Shown here: positions 1-9,222 of the stretch, piece after piece | How the letters are laid out: every line of letters starts with the position of its first letter | Numbering within the stretch: the first letter of the stretch is position 1 | DNA from: Candidatus Nomurabacteria bacterium | Lineage (GTDB): Bacteria > Patescibacteriota > Minisyncoccia > Phycocordibacterales > UBA9973 | Length of the DNA stretch: 64,000 nucleotides | Assembly: GCA_943350045.1 (NCBI GenBank) | Contig: CALQZW010000001.1 | Span: 9,760-73,759 of the forward strand | Direction: 5' to 3' | The notes under the pieces: model-generated | What the model saw: the letters and a program-made list of their open reading frames with translations, nothing else | Databases searched by the model: none | What the model was told of the DNA's origin: nothing | Program-made: the position numbers and the translations under genes

Positions 1-408
1 ACCTTTATCTGAAAGTAATTTCAAAATGATAATCGTACTGCTGAAGGTTAGAGCGATTGATCCATAAATAGAACTTGTCTGGTCATAGCCGAGTCCGCGC
101 ATGATTAAGAATCCAATAACTGAAGTAAATACTACCTGTCCGATTCCTGTAATCAATGATACTTTTCCTGTTTCCTTGATTGCATCTGGGTTTAAGCTCA
201 GACCAACAACGAAAAGAAGAATTGATATTCCGATTTTTGAAAAGAGTTCAATCGACTCAGTCGAGTGAAGAATATCAAGGAAATACGGACCAACGATAAT
301 TCCACTGAGGATGTATCCAACAGCAAGTGGTTGCTTTAAAAGCCTCATGAGGGCTGCGACAAGAGTTGTGATAAGTACTATCACACTGAGTTCTATAAAT
401 ATATGCAT
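1..408 (-). CDS. Cation:proton antiporter (Kef/CPA2 family), N-terminal part; runs off window
   Basis: Manual translation from ATG at 408: MHIFIELSVIVLITTLVAALMRLLKQPLAVGYILSGIIVGP...LLFVVGL...ALTFSSTIIILKLLSDKG, CPA2 motifs. Confidence 0.85.
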   Translation of the reverse strand, partial: MHIFIELSVIVLITTLVAALMRLLKQPLAVGYILSGIIVGPYFLDILHSTESIELFSKIGISILLFVVGLSLNPDAIKETGKVSLITGIGQVVFTSVIGFLIMRGLGYDQTSSIYGSIALTFSSTIIILKLLSDKG

Positions 409-649
409 GTACCTAGCTTACCAAATGTCCGTCATTAGTGGTATGGGCATATCTGTGTCATAAAACAATTAAACTATCTATTTGTCAATATTAGGTATAT
501 ACTTAGTAAGCAAGATAACTAATCAAGTTGTGCACTCAGACTCACTCCACGTTGTGGTCGGTCAGGTCTGTCTCTGATGTTTGTACTATAGGAATCGCCT
601 TGCGCTCATTCGAGACGCTATTTATTCCGACGTTATTTAAAAAAACTAT

Positions 650-1306
650 ATGAAAAATATGAACTTTACAAAGCGTGCAGCTATTGCTGCAACATGTGCG
701 CTATCTTTGGTAGCAATCATTACTCCATCACTCGCTTCAGCCGCATCACTTACTCGCCAGCTTCAGCTTGGAATGAAGGGTGCTGACGTTTCAACTCTCC
801 AGTCTTTCCTTGCCGTTGATAACACAATCTACCCACAGGGGCTCGTTACTGGATATTTCGGAGGACTAACAAAGTCTGCTGTTTCTAACTTTCAGTCACG
901 CAACAATCTTGCAACTGTAGGACGCGTTGGGCCACAGACACTCGCCGTTATAAACGCCCAGATGGCAGGAGGTGGAGCGGTCTTTGGAGATATTGATGCT
1001 GCAACAATCACAAATCTTTCAGTAAGTCGTTCAAATACATCAGCAAGTATTTTCTGGAACACATCTGAGGAGACACGTGGAGTTGTATATTACAGCACTT
1101 CACCATTAAATGAAACTGAATATGAAAACACTGTAACTGTTGTTGGTGCTATGACAGCAATGACAGATGGCGCATACCGCACATCTCAGAACATTATGCT
1201 CAGTAATCTTCAGTCAAACACAAACTACTACTACCTCGTTCATACAACTGATCAGGCTGGGAACGTAAGTGTTAGTGTTCCACTCATGTTTACTACAGCT
1301 TTCTAA
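650..1306 (+). CDS. Secreted peptidoglycan-binding domain + FN3-like protein
   Basis: Signal peptide; LQLGMKGADVSTLQSFL...TGYFGGLTKSAVSNFQ...GRVGPQT (PG_binding_1); C-terminal FN3-like LSNLQSNTNYYY. Confidence 0.85.
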   Translation: MKNMNFTKRAAIAATCALSLVAIITPSLASAASLTRQLQLGMKGADVSTLQSFLAVDNTIYPQGLVTGYFGGLTKSAVSNFQSRNNLATVGRVGPQTLAVINAQMAGGGAVFGDIDAATITNLSVSRSNTSASIFWNTSEETRGVVYYSTSPLNETEYENTVTVVGAMTAMTDGAYRTSQNIMLSNLQSNTNYYYLVHTTDQAGNVSVSVPLMFTTAF

Positions 1307-1316
1307 AGAAAGAAAC

Positions 1317-1352
1317 AAAAACCCCTTAGCGAGAAATCGCTAAGGGGTTTTT
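1317..1352. terminator. Bidirectional intrinsic terminator
   Basis: AAAAACCCCTTAGCGA-GAAA-TCGCTAAGGGGTTTTT between convergent genes. Confidence 0.85.
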
Positions 1353-1366
1353 CTGTACTCACCGAG

Positions 1367-2059
1367 CTACTTCATCAAGAAACGAAGTGTTGATACCAGA
1401 CGGATCTTCTTGAATTCTGGAGATCCTGGGTCTTTTTCTGTGATATCGAAGACTCCCTGATTTCCACGAGTAACACTTCCAACCGAGGCGTTCGCTGCGT
1501 CTGCAAAGCCCTGAGCCGTTGTCTGAGCGTTTTCAATCGCCTCACTGAGCATTTCTGGCTTAATGCTGTTTAGGTCTGAAATTTCAAATGAAATTGAGTT
1601 CTGGCTCAAAACCACTCCTTTCTTTACGAGAAGCAGTGTGTCGTTTGAACTTGCCTTCACAAGGTCGACTTTGTTTGTGTATACAGAAACCTGGTTTGTT
1701 GCGTTATATCGAAACGCAGCATCTTTGTATGTATCTTGGTAAATGTTTACTGGAGCGACATTAATCTCTGTATCTTCAAATCCTTTTTCTTTTAGGAATG
1801 TTTTGATTGTTCCAATGTTCTTTTCAATGTCTGCATACAAGCCATCGATGTTATTTGATTTAATTTCAAAACTCATTGACCAGATAGCAGTGTCTGCTTT
1901 TACAATTCGCTCTGAGAGACCTTTCACATCTACGTATGAACCTTGTTTAGAAAAGTTTTGAGCACCAAAATATATTGCGACTGAAAGGAGTAATGCGAAC
2001 ACAGAAATTGCGACTGCGATAACGGCGAACCTATTGTCTTTTAAGTTAGTTATATTCAT
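1367..2059 (-). CDS. SIMPL (DUF541) domain protein
   Basis: N-terminal TM; VDVKGLSERIVKADTAIW...KPEMLSEAIENA...NQGVFDI...KKIRLVST. Confidence 0.8.
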   Translation of the reverse strand: MNITNLKDNRFAVIAVAISVFALLLSVAIYFGAQNFSKQGSYVDVKGLSERIVKADTAIWSMSFEIKSNNIDGLYADIEKNIGTIKTFLKEKGFEDTEINVAPVNIYQDTYKDAAFRYNATNQVSVYTNKVDLVKASSNDTLLLVKKGVVLSQNSISFEISDLNSIKPEMLSEAIENAQTTAQGFADAANASVGSVTRGNQGVFDITEKDPGSPEFKKIRLVSTLRFLMK

Positions 2060-2128
2060 ATACAAAGAGTATACTACAGATACGGCGGATTCGATCGCTT
2101 AGTATAGATAATATAGAGGAGTTACAGT

Positions 2129-2611
2129 ATGGAAAAGAATAAGGGGAATGTATGGGCTATCGCGGGTATCGTCATTGTGCTCGTCGCTGCGGTAATCTTT
2201 GCATTAACCAAACTGCCTGAAGCGCAGCCTGTGGTTGTAGAAGACACTACTTCACTACCAGAAGGAGAGACAGAGGTAGAATCGACATTGGATACTACTG
2301 GGACTCCAACAACAACGGCTCCTGTAACAATTTCATACGCCAATGCGTTGACTCAATACAAAGACCGTAGAATCCAGCTCGACACAGTGTGTCAGGCTCA
2401 CCCAAACACAATCACTTACAAAGACAACACAGGTATCATGATCGACAACCGATCGAGCAAGACTCGCACGGTGAAAATTGGAACTACGTTTACAATCAAG
2501 CCATACGGCTTCAAGATTTTTGTTCTCCCAAACATCACGACTGCACCACGCACTATTCTCGTAGATTGTGATACATCTCAGAACGTTGCGACTATTCTCG
2601 TTCAGGAGTAA
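2129..2611 (+). CDS. Hypothetical membrane-anchored protein
   Basis: N-terminal TM, Thr-rich linker, beta-rich C-domain with two Cys; GAGGAG upstream. Confidence 0.65.
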   Translation: MEKNKGNVWAIAGIVIVLVAAVIFALTKLPEAQPVVVEDTTSLPEGETEVESTLDTTGTPTTTAPVTISYANALTQYKDRRIQLDTVCQAHPNTITYKDNTGIMIDNRSSKTRTVKIGTTFTIKPYGFKIFVLPNITTAPRTILVDCDTSQNVATILVQE

Positions 2612-2695
2612 GGTATTCTCTATAGTTGACGAACCTATGGTTTGTAGTGTAATATGAATGTAACCTTCATTCAATAAAAACAAAAACACTTACAC

Positions 2696-2917
2696 ATGGA
2701 CAATCGAACTTTGGCACTTTACGAAAAGTGCAAGGAGAAGAATCCCGAGTTGTCAGAAAAAGACTTTCTGAAAGCACGAGGAGAAGCTTTGAACAAAGCC
2801 TCAACTGCTCCGCCTCCGCATATGGTATTTTTGCATGGCACTTTGACTCCTGTACTAAACGGAGAAGAACGCAAAGAGGTCTTCTTGGCCAACAAAGAAG
2901 ATGATGATGAAGATTAA
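2696..2917 (+). CDS. Small hypothetical protein
   Basis: 73-aa ORF with own TTGACG promoter, A-rich leader and downstream hairpin. Confidence 0.55.
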   Translation: MDNRTLALYEKCKEKNPELSEKDFLKARGEALNKASTAPPPHMVFLHGTLTPVLNGEERKEVFLANKEDDDED

Positions 2918-2966
2918 GTAGTAACTTAGTTGATGATGACTCCTAAACAGAAATGTTTAGGAGTTT

Positions 2967-3602
2967 TTATATTCTCTCAACTTTTTTCTCACCACCTATC
3001 ATGTATTCAATATTCTCATTATCTACCCAGCGCAAGAAAATATGTGTAGGATCGGTTTCAGTATTCGCATATGTTTGCAGTACAGTAAGGCTTTCTGTCT
3101 CTACTACAGTAAAGCCACACACGTTTTCAAAACAGCGTTCTTTATATACGAACGCCTCTCCATTTGGAGAAAAATCCCCGAACTCGTTACCGAGATAGTA
3201 GTTTGTAAGGATTGAAACTACTCCGGTATCTTTCGAGAAAAAACCGACAGCGGTGTCGGGTGAGAGCTCGTCTGTCTCAACTACAAAGCCCACGGATCTT
3301 CCGTCTGGAGAAAGCACGATGTCTGTAAATCGGGTATGTTGGATATATGTAGCAATGTCTGAACAGAACGCTCTTCGTGTAGTAGTGTTTCCGATATTAC
3401 TTTCGTCACACATTCCCGTGCTTGGGTCTCTAAAAAACTGCACGATAGTTGGATGTTCTATTTCAAGCAGTACAGATTCATTTTCAATAATACTCTTTTT
3501 GTCTGTAGATAGAGTTGGGGGAGTGCTTGGGGTTTTGAAATAGAGTGCTACGGCTACAACCGCCAAGCCGGCAAATACGGTCGCGAGGAATATTTTTTTC
3601 AT
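2967..3602 (-). CDS. Hypothetical membrane-anchored protein with beta-propeller-like (LSPDG/FSPNG) blades
   Basis: Likely start MKKIFLATVF at 3602 with TATACT 6 nt upstream; TM then WD40/PD40-like motifs. Confidence 0.65.
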   Translation of the reverse strand: MKKIFLATVFAGLAVVAVALYFKTPSTPPTLSTDKKSIIENESVLLEIEHPTIVQFFRDPSTGMCDESNIGNTTTRRAFCSDIATYIQHTRFTDIVLSPDGRSVGFVVETDELSPDTAVGFFSKDTGVVSILTNYYLGNEFGDFSPNGEAFVYKERCFENVCGFTVVETESLTVLQTYANTETDPTHIFLRWVDNENIEYMIGGEKKVERI

Positions 3603-3651
3603 AGGTATAGTATATATAATAATTGAGGTATTTGTTACACTATACGCACGT

Positions 3652-3882
3652 ATGGCACATTCACTTCCAGCTGATTTGCAAAAATCCCTTGCATCTAATT
3701 CCAAGGCACTTGCCGCTTGGCACGATATTACTGCACTTGCCCGCAATGAATGGATTTGCTGGGTTACGTCCGCTAAATTGCCCGAGACAAGAGTTCGTAG
3801 GATACAGAGAGTCTGTGAGGACTTACAAAAAGGTAAGCGCCGGCCATGTTGCTGGGCGGGGTGCGTGCATAGAAAAAAGTAA
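3652..3882 (+). CDS. YdeI/OmpD-associated family protein
   Basis: LPADLQKSL...ARNEWICWVTSAKLPETRVRRI...GKRRPCCWAGC. Confidence 0.85.
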   Translation: MAHSLPADLQKSLASNSKALAAWHDITALARNEWICWVTSAKLPETRVRRIQRVCEDLQKGKRRPCCWAGCVHRKK

Positions 3883-3950
3883 TAGCTATATTTTAATACC
3901 ACATTGATTTTCTTTGTAAAATATGAATAATGAACGTAAACGTATAACAT

Positions 3951-4451
3951 ATGAAAACACAAATCATGGGGATAACTGAAGAGTTATTGCTCGAAATTTT
4001 AAGTATTGGTACTAAGGTTTTTGAAAGCTTCGGAGATGTTGATGATCAAATTCCAGCCAGTATAGAAGCCTATGATAAGCATATGGCTTTGCATTCCAAG
4101 TCATTTATTTGTAAGTTGGATGATTCAGGGGAGCTTGTGGGTTGGGCGGTCGCAGTGCCCACGTCTAAGTTGCTCGCCCAAAAATTCCTCGATGGTGCGA
4201 TTACCGAAAAGGAATTATTTGATGAAACTGAGCCGAGTGACCGCTATGAAGCACTCTATTTGTGCTTCGCGTTTGTTGTAGAAAAAGAACGAAAAAAGCA
4301 CCACGCGCGAGACATGTTCCTAGAGATATTTGAGAGTGTCCCGCTCTCAGATGATGCCACTATTTTTATCTGGCCCGTAAGCGACGACGGGAGAAAGTTT
4401 ACGAAAAAATTCGCCCTCGAAATTGATTTACCTATTCACATTCGTGAATAG
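3951..4451 (+). CDS. Hypothetical GNAT-fold-like protein
   Basis: ALYLCFAFVVEKERKKHHA...PVSDDGRKF resembles GNAT motifs A/B. Confidence 0.55.
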   Translation: MKTQIMGITEELLLEILSIGTKVFESFGDVDDQIPASIEAYDKHMALHSKSFICKLDDSGELVGWAVAVPTSKLLAQKFLDGAITEKELFDETEPSDRYEALYLCFAFVVEKERKKHHARDMFLEIFESVPLSDDATIFIWPVSDDGRKFTKKFALEIDLPIHIRE

Positions 4452-4492
4452 GTGAAAAAAAGTTCAACCAGTTTAGTAATGAGCTGGTTTTT

Positions 4493-4723
4493 TTATGCTT
4501 TCTTTAGAAACTCTGTACGAAGTACGAGTCCTTTCATTCCGTCGACGTTGCATTCGATGAGTTCTTCGTCATCAGTCAGGCGAATATTTTTTGCCTTTGT
4601 TCCACGCTTGAGGGTGACTGATGTTCCTTTTACTTTCAAATCTTTCACAAGCATGACGGTATCGCCGTTTGCGAGTACTGTGCCGTGTGCGTCTTTTGTG
4701 ATGATTATATCTTCTGATTCCAT
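4493..4723 (-). CDS. PhnA/YjdM C-terminal domain protein
   Basis: KDAHGTVLANGDTVMLVKDLKVKG...LKRGTKAKNIRL...LRTEFLKKA. Confidence 0.9.
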   Translation of the reverse strand: MESEDIIITKDAHGTVLANGDTVMLVKDLKVKGTSVTLKRGTKAKNIRLTDDEELIECNVDGMKGLVLRTEFLKKA

Positions 4724-4756
4724 AGGATTGCATCATAGCATAGTTTGCGTGGTACC

Positions 4757-5257
4757 ATGGAATATATGAGTAAAAAACACCTGTATTGGTTTGTTGGAAT
4801 TTTCGCAGTCGTCGCGCTTGCGTGGGTGCTTTTCGGATATTTTGGCGTGCAGTATCTGTTTACCGAAACCGTTGTTTCTGAAGAAGTTACGATGGAAGCA
4901 AAAACCACTGTGGCAGATGGAGTATTTGTTCAAGGGGATAGTACATATTCAATTTCTGGAGCAGTGAGTGTTATCGAAGACTCTGAAACTCGCATGCTTG
5001 CTCTGACAGATTTTACTGTAACGAACGGTCCAGACCTTTTTGTATACATTGTTTCTTCTGAGAGTGATGAAAATCGGAGTGTTAAAAATGCAGTGAGTGA
5101 GGGCAAGTTTGTAAACCTCGGACCACTCAAGGGAAATATTGGAAATCAAACGTATCAAATTCCAGAAGGGGTAGTTACTGATGAAAACACAGTCGTAAGC
5201 ATTTGGTGTAAACGATTTTCAAGAAACTTTGGTGCGTCAAAAATTGTTTTGAAATAG
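4757..5257 (+). CDS. DM13 domain protein
   Basis: TM; FTVTNGPDLFVY...LGPLKGNIGNQTYQIP...VSIWCKRFSRNFG. Confidence 0.9.
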   Translation: MEYMSKKHLYWFVGIFAVVALAWVLFGYFGVQYLFTETVVSEEVTMEAKTTVADGVFVQGDSTYSISGAVSVIEDSETRMLALTDFTVTNGPDLFVYIVSSESDENRSVKNAVSEGKFVNLGPLKGNIGNQTYQIPEGVVTDENTVVSIWCKRFSRNFGASKIVLK

Positions 5258-5306
5258 TGTGTCTGTCTCTCGATTAGAGCTATATTGCATGTATAGTAAA
5301 GAAAAC

Positions 5307-5675
5307 CTACCGAAGTAGGTTTATATTCTCAATTACTGACAGCGGAATCGTGAGTGTCATCCCGCTTGGTCGGCTTGGACATGTCCAGATTTGTATGGAT
5401 GTGTCATCGTACGCAGTCGCGTCTCCTCGTATTCGTTCTTTCTTGATTACAGTAACATCATCATTTGTTACTGTTTGCAACTCACACAAAAGATGAATTT
5501 TCTTATCAGCCCCAAGGAGGTGGGTATCATACTCATCTGGGTAATTTTTTCGGAGGTATCCATGTGCCTCATTTTTGAACACCAACCAGAGATTTAGTTT
5601 TTCTTCTTGTATGTAGCGAAGAATTATTACACGCTCTTTATCTGTCGCGTTTCGAAAGGTTACATTTTCTCTCAT
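5307..5675 (-). CDS. Hypothetical protein (ORFan)
   Basis: 122-aa ORF with A-rich leader motif. Confidence 0.55.
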   Translation of the reverse strand: MRENVTFRNATDKERVIILRYIQEEKLNLWLVFKNEAHGYLRKNYPDEYDTHLLGADKKIHLLCELQTVTNDDVTVIKKERIRGDATAYDDTSIQIWTCPSRPSGMTLTIPLSVIENINLLR

Positions 5676-5797
5676 GTAGTTTAAGTTTATTGAATGAACA
5701 TATTATGAGAGATAGTATCGTACAAAAGAAGAGATGTAAATGAATAAAAAAAAGACTGGCAAATGGCGCCAGTCTTTAGAAGGGTTTAGTCCTCGTG

Positions 5798-6673
5798 TTA
5801 TAGCGAAGAAATATGTCCAATCATCCTTTCTTGAATCCATTCTCGTATTATTTTTTGAGAAGAATCGAGTAGGCTCTGAATCGTTTTTCTTTCTTGGTTC
5901 GAAAACATCGTTTCGTACACTGTCCTCTCTTGTCTGCCAGCTGGGCTGTAAGGAAACATTATTCTGTATAGTTTACCTCTGACAATATCTTCTATGTTTC
6001 GAAGAGAGAAGTCTTCTATCGGAGATAGCATTACAGAAAGCTCCTGGAATCTTTCATCAACCACGAGATTCTCAATATCTGCACATCGTGTAGATGTAAG
6101 CATTTTCTCGAATACATTTTTAATGTATTTCGCGTGAATTGGCGTAATTTCCTTCTGTGCATGAAGTTCAGTTACTTCTCTCAATGTCTTGCGTCCAAAG
6201 TTTCGGAACGCAAGAAGTTCTTCAGTACTATAAAGTAGTACTTCGTAGTTGTATACTATTTTCTCCGCACTAAAGCAATTGTATGCTCTGACTGAATAGT
6301 CGTAAGCGGTATTAATTCTACCGCAGAGAAAACCTCTCACCTCTGGGCTGATTTCTATGGAAAGAATCGTCTTTTCTCCTCTTAAAATGGCGAGTGCTCT
6401 GTTGAAGCATTCAATAATCAGCGCGCTTACATTTTCAGCTCTCACTCCAGGCATCCTGCTCTGTATTTCTTCTTTTGTTATAAGTACTTGCTCGTCAGGG
6501 GAGTTTAATGTATCTCCTAGGCGGAATGTCTTACTTTTTGTGTTGACAATAATCGTGCATTTGTCCATGTTTATTTGTTTTTTGTGAATGAATGTATCTT
6601 GGTGGATACTACAATATTCTGCTATTTTGTCAACAAATGCTTCTTGTAGAATCGCTATTTTCTGTTTCGTCAT
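5798..6673 (-). CDS. Hypothetical protein containing an RNA polymerase alpha C-terminal-domain-like module
   Basis: DYSVRAYNCFSAEKI...STEELLAFRNFGRKTLREV matches the alpha-CTD signature (LSVRAYNCL...LLKIRNFGRKSLEE); start uncertain (ATG 6673 or TTG 6691). Confidence 0.7.
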   Translation of the reverse strand: MTKQKIAILQEAFVDKIAEYCSIHQDTFIHKKQINMDKCTIIVNTKSKTFRLGDTLNSPDEQVLITKEEIQSRMPGVRAENVSALIIECFNRALAILRGEKTILSIEISPEVRGFLCGRINTAYDYSVRAYNCFSAEKIVYNYEVLLYSTEELLAFRNFGRKTLREVTELHAQKEITPIHAKYIKNVFEKMLTSTRCADIENLVVDERFQELSVMLSPIEDFSLRNIEDIVRGKLYRIMFPYSPAGRQERTVYETMFSNQERKTIQSLLDSSQKIIREWIQERMIGHISSL

Positions 6674-6757
6674 TTTTGACTCGTCAGACAAGAATACACA
6701 TTCCTTTATGGTCCCGGATTGTTAGCTGTCCATGAGCGGATTGCTGCAGAAAGATAA
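6655..6757 (-). ncRNA. Type III hammerhead ribozyme-like structure (variant GCA triplet)
   Basis: CUGACGA-GUCA-AAAA-UGAC-GAAA core; stem III UUAU(C)UUUCUG/CAGAAAAUAG; stem I GCAA/UUGU with extensions. Confidence 0.65.
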
Positions 6758-6784
6758 AAACGGAGTCTGTTGAGGACTCCGTTT
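6756..6784 (-). terminator. Intrinsic terminator of 6801-8081 gene
   Basis: AAACGGAGTC-loop-GACTCCGTTTTT on the minus strand. Confidence 0.75.
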
Positions 6785-6800
6785 CTTGTTTCATAAATAA

Positions 6801-8081
6801 TTAGTTTATTCGAATATAGTAGTACACTGAGACGTTCTTTGGGCGGGTTTCTTCGCCACCGGTTGAATTAGTGGTATAAGTAAACGGACCCCATGCATAT
6901 TCTGACTTTGAACCCTTTCCGCTAACATTCTTTTTTTCACCAGACTTATAGGTGTGAGAATGACTCTTAATTTCATCACTTTGATATTGACCACGCTTCA
7001 TGTTTTGAGGATTCGCTTGACCAGATGACACTACTGCCTGTTCTTGTATGTCGAACTGGTTTAGTCCTCGAAGAAATACTCCGCGCAGATCTGGTGCGTT
7101 TGCCCCAATAGATCCAGCCCATAGTTCATGGTATTTCGATCCCATAAGCAAGCGACCGTCGCACGGTGCCCACTTACTTTTTTTAGGTGACCAGACCCCG
7201 CTACGAGCATTATTTTTTGTAAGTTTTGAAAAAGCATCAAAGTCAAGCATGGAAGCGATTACAGTCCCTATTGGAAGATTACTCCCGTTTGCATTTTCCT
7301 CGCTTTCTACTCTTTTTACTATAGACAAACCATTACTGGTATTTAGGGCAATAAGGAACTCCTCACCAGGAATTCTTGTTGCTGTAAAAGCAATTCCATC
7401 TGCTAGTGGAGTACCTTTTCGTAGGCGTCCTTTCAGGAGCTCTTGCTTGTCTATTTCACTAATTCCCAAAAGGTCAACTGATGAAATGAGAGGTTTCCTG
7501 TCATTGCTTGAGACTGCCTTGTATCTGATGGTTACTTCAATGGTTTTTTCGCCATTAGCCATGATTGAGAGGCCAAAATTTTCCTTAATTGCAAGACAAT
7601 TATTGAATGCCTCCGCTAGCTCGATATCAAGAGTTGAACGTGATATGGTTGAAAAAGTTTCGAGTCTTACTTCCACGGAAGTAGCTTTCTGTATTTTTTC
7701 TTGAAACTGTTTCAATTTGTCTTCACTTGCACCAGCATCTAAGCCAATAGGAATACCATCTGTTACGATTGATATGCCCCCGTTCCACTTTCCATTTTTG
7801 TAGTCGCTCTTGAATTTTTCTGACAAAAAATAGCTTCGACTATCTGAAAAAAAAGATAGACCGTTTTGGTCTACGTAATTGTTTCTCAATCCATCGGAGA
7901 GTAGTGTGAGGCATGGGTCAAGTTCTCCATAGCTCGACTTCATCCCGACGGACGTAAATTTCTTTATCTGTGTGACTTTGGGTGTCACCAATCTTTGTTG
8001 TGACTGCCCAAAAGTGGCAGTGCTGCCAATAGACATTACTACGAGGCTCAATAGAGCTGACTTTCTTAATAGTCTCTTCAT
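6801..8081 (-). CDS. Secreted protein with C-terminal phage tail-collar/tail-fibre-like domain
   Basis: Signal peptide; LPIGTVIAS...WAPCDG...PDLRGVFLRG...QSDEIKSHSH...GGEETRPKNVSVYYYIR. Confidence 0.75.
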   Translation of the reverse strand: MKRLLRKSALLSLVVMSIGSTATFGQSQQRLVTPKVTQIKKFTSVGMKSSYGELDPCLTLLSDGLRNNYVDQNGLSFFSDSRSYFLSEKFKSDYKNGKWNGGISIVTDGIPIGLDAGASEDKLKQFQEKIQKATSVEVRLETFSTISRSTLDIELAEAFNNCLAIKENFGLSIMANGEKTIEVTIRYKAVSSNDRKPLISSVDLLGISEIDKQELLKGRLRKGTPLADGIAFTATRIPGEEFLIALNTSNGLSIVKRVESEENANGSNLPIGTVIASMLDFDAFSKLTKNNARSGVWSPKKSKWAPCDGRLLMGSKYHELWAGSIGANAPDLRGVFLRGLNQFDIQEQAVVSSGQANPQNMKRGQYQSDEIKSHSHTYKSGEKKNVSGKGSKSEYAWGPFTYTTNSTGGEETRPKNVSVYYYIRIN

Positions 8082-8213
8082 TTTTTTGATTTTTAAAGTA
8101 TGAATCGGAATTAATTCAGCTACACTAAAGCATTTATTTTAAAAAATGTCAATATATAATCTGCCTTACTGAATGTTATGTACTCACAAAAAAACAGTTT
8201 ATACTATCTACCT

Positions 8214-8678
8214 ATGGAAAAAATACACACATCAATTGTAATTAATGCTCCGCGCGAAAAGGTATGGAACACCATGCTCGAAGACGCGACATACCGACAG
8301 TGGACAAGTGCCTTTCACCCAGGCTCGTATTACAAAGGGACTCTTGCGAAAGGTGAAAAAATACTCTTTCTCGGACCAGATGCCGAAGGGGAGATGGGAA
8401 TGGTTAGTCGTGTAGCAGATATTCGTCCGTTCGAATTCATTTCATTTGAACATCTTGGAATTGTAAAAAACGGAGTTGAAGACACGGAGAGTCCGGAAGC
8501 CACATTATGGGGCTCTGCGTTTGAGAACTATACGTTCAAGGATGTCGATGGAGGAACAGAGGTGGTGATTGATCAGGATATTATCTCGCAGTATAAAGAT
8601 GAGTTCGAGAAAATGTGGGCGAGCGCACTGGGGCTTTTGAAGCAGTTGGCGGAGAATAAAGATGAACTTATTCGGTAG
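8214..8678 (+). CDS. SRPBCC/AHSA1-like domain protein
   Basis: SIVINAPREKVWNTML...YRQWTSAF...FISFEHLG...AFENYTF...WASALGLLKQLAE. Confidence 0.85.
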   Translation: MEKIHTSIVINAPREKVWNTMLEDATYRQWTSAFHPGSYYKGTLAKGEKILFLGPDAEGEMGMVSRVADIRPFEFISFEHLGIVKNGVEDTESPEATLWGSAFENYTFKDVDGGTEVVIDQDIISQYKDEFEKMWASALGLLKQLAENKDELIR

Positions 8679-8732
8679 TTCTATGCTCATTTTGAAGTAT
8701 AATTAGCACATTAGCAGTCAATAAAGAAAACT

Positions 8733-9083
8733 ATGACAACACTAGAAATAGCAAACAGATTGGTAGAACTTTGTCGCGCAAATAATTTTGAAGGAGCATG
8801 GGATGAGCTTTTTGCGCCAGGCTGGGAGACTCACGAGCTTGCAGAGTGGGGTGGAGGAGTGCGACACGGCATAGAAGAAGCAACAGCTGCGTCAGACGAG
8901 TGGAAGTCAGATATTGCAGAGATGCATGAAATGACTATCAGTGATCCGATTGTTGCCGATGATAGTTTTGCTTGCGTTATGTCTATGGATATTACGAGCA
9001 AGACTCGTGGTAGAAATAAAGAATCTGAAATCTGTGTGTATAAAATCAAAGACGGAAAGATCGTTAGTGAAAGTTTTTTTTAA
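8733..9083 (+). CDS. SnoaL/NTF2-like protein
   Basis: MTTLEIANRLVELCR...EICVYKIKDGKIVSESFF. Confidence 0.85.
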   Translation: MTTLEIANRLVELCRANNFEGAWDELFAPGWETHELAEWGGGVRHGIEEATAASDEWKSDIAEMHEMTISDPIVADDSFACVMSMDITSKTRGRNKESEICVYKIKDGKIVSESFF

Positions 9084-9222
9084 GATAATGAGTAATAAAT
9101 AAAACCACCTTCCTCGGGTGGTTTTTTAGTATCTATTTTAGGATACATAATCCGTACGCTGGATTACTCTTGTAAAACAAAATAAAAGGCTGACAAAATA
9201 TGCCAGCCTTAATGCACTAATT

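Noticed and set aside
3603-3962. Upstream third of the 331-aa ORF 2967-3962
   Set aside because: It is antisense to the YdeI/OmpD gene; a better start with -10 box and TM lies at 3602.
6801-8081. Prophage
   Set aside because: A single tail-collar-like gene with no capsid, terminase or integrase nearby.
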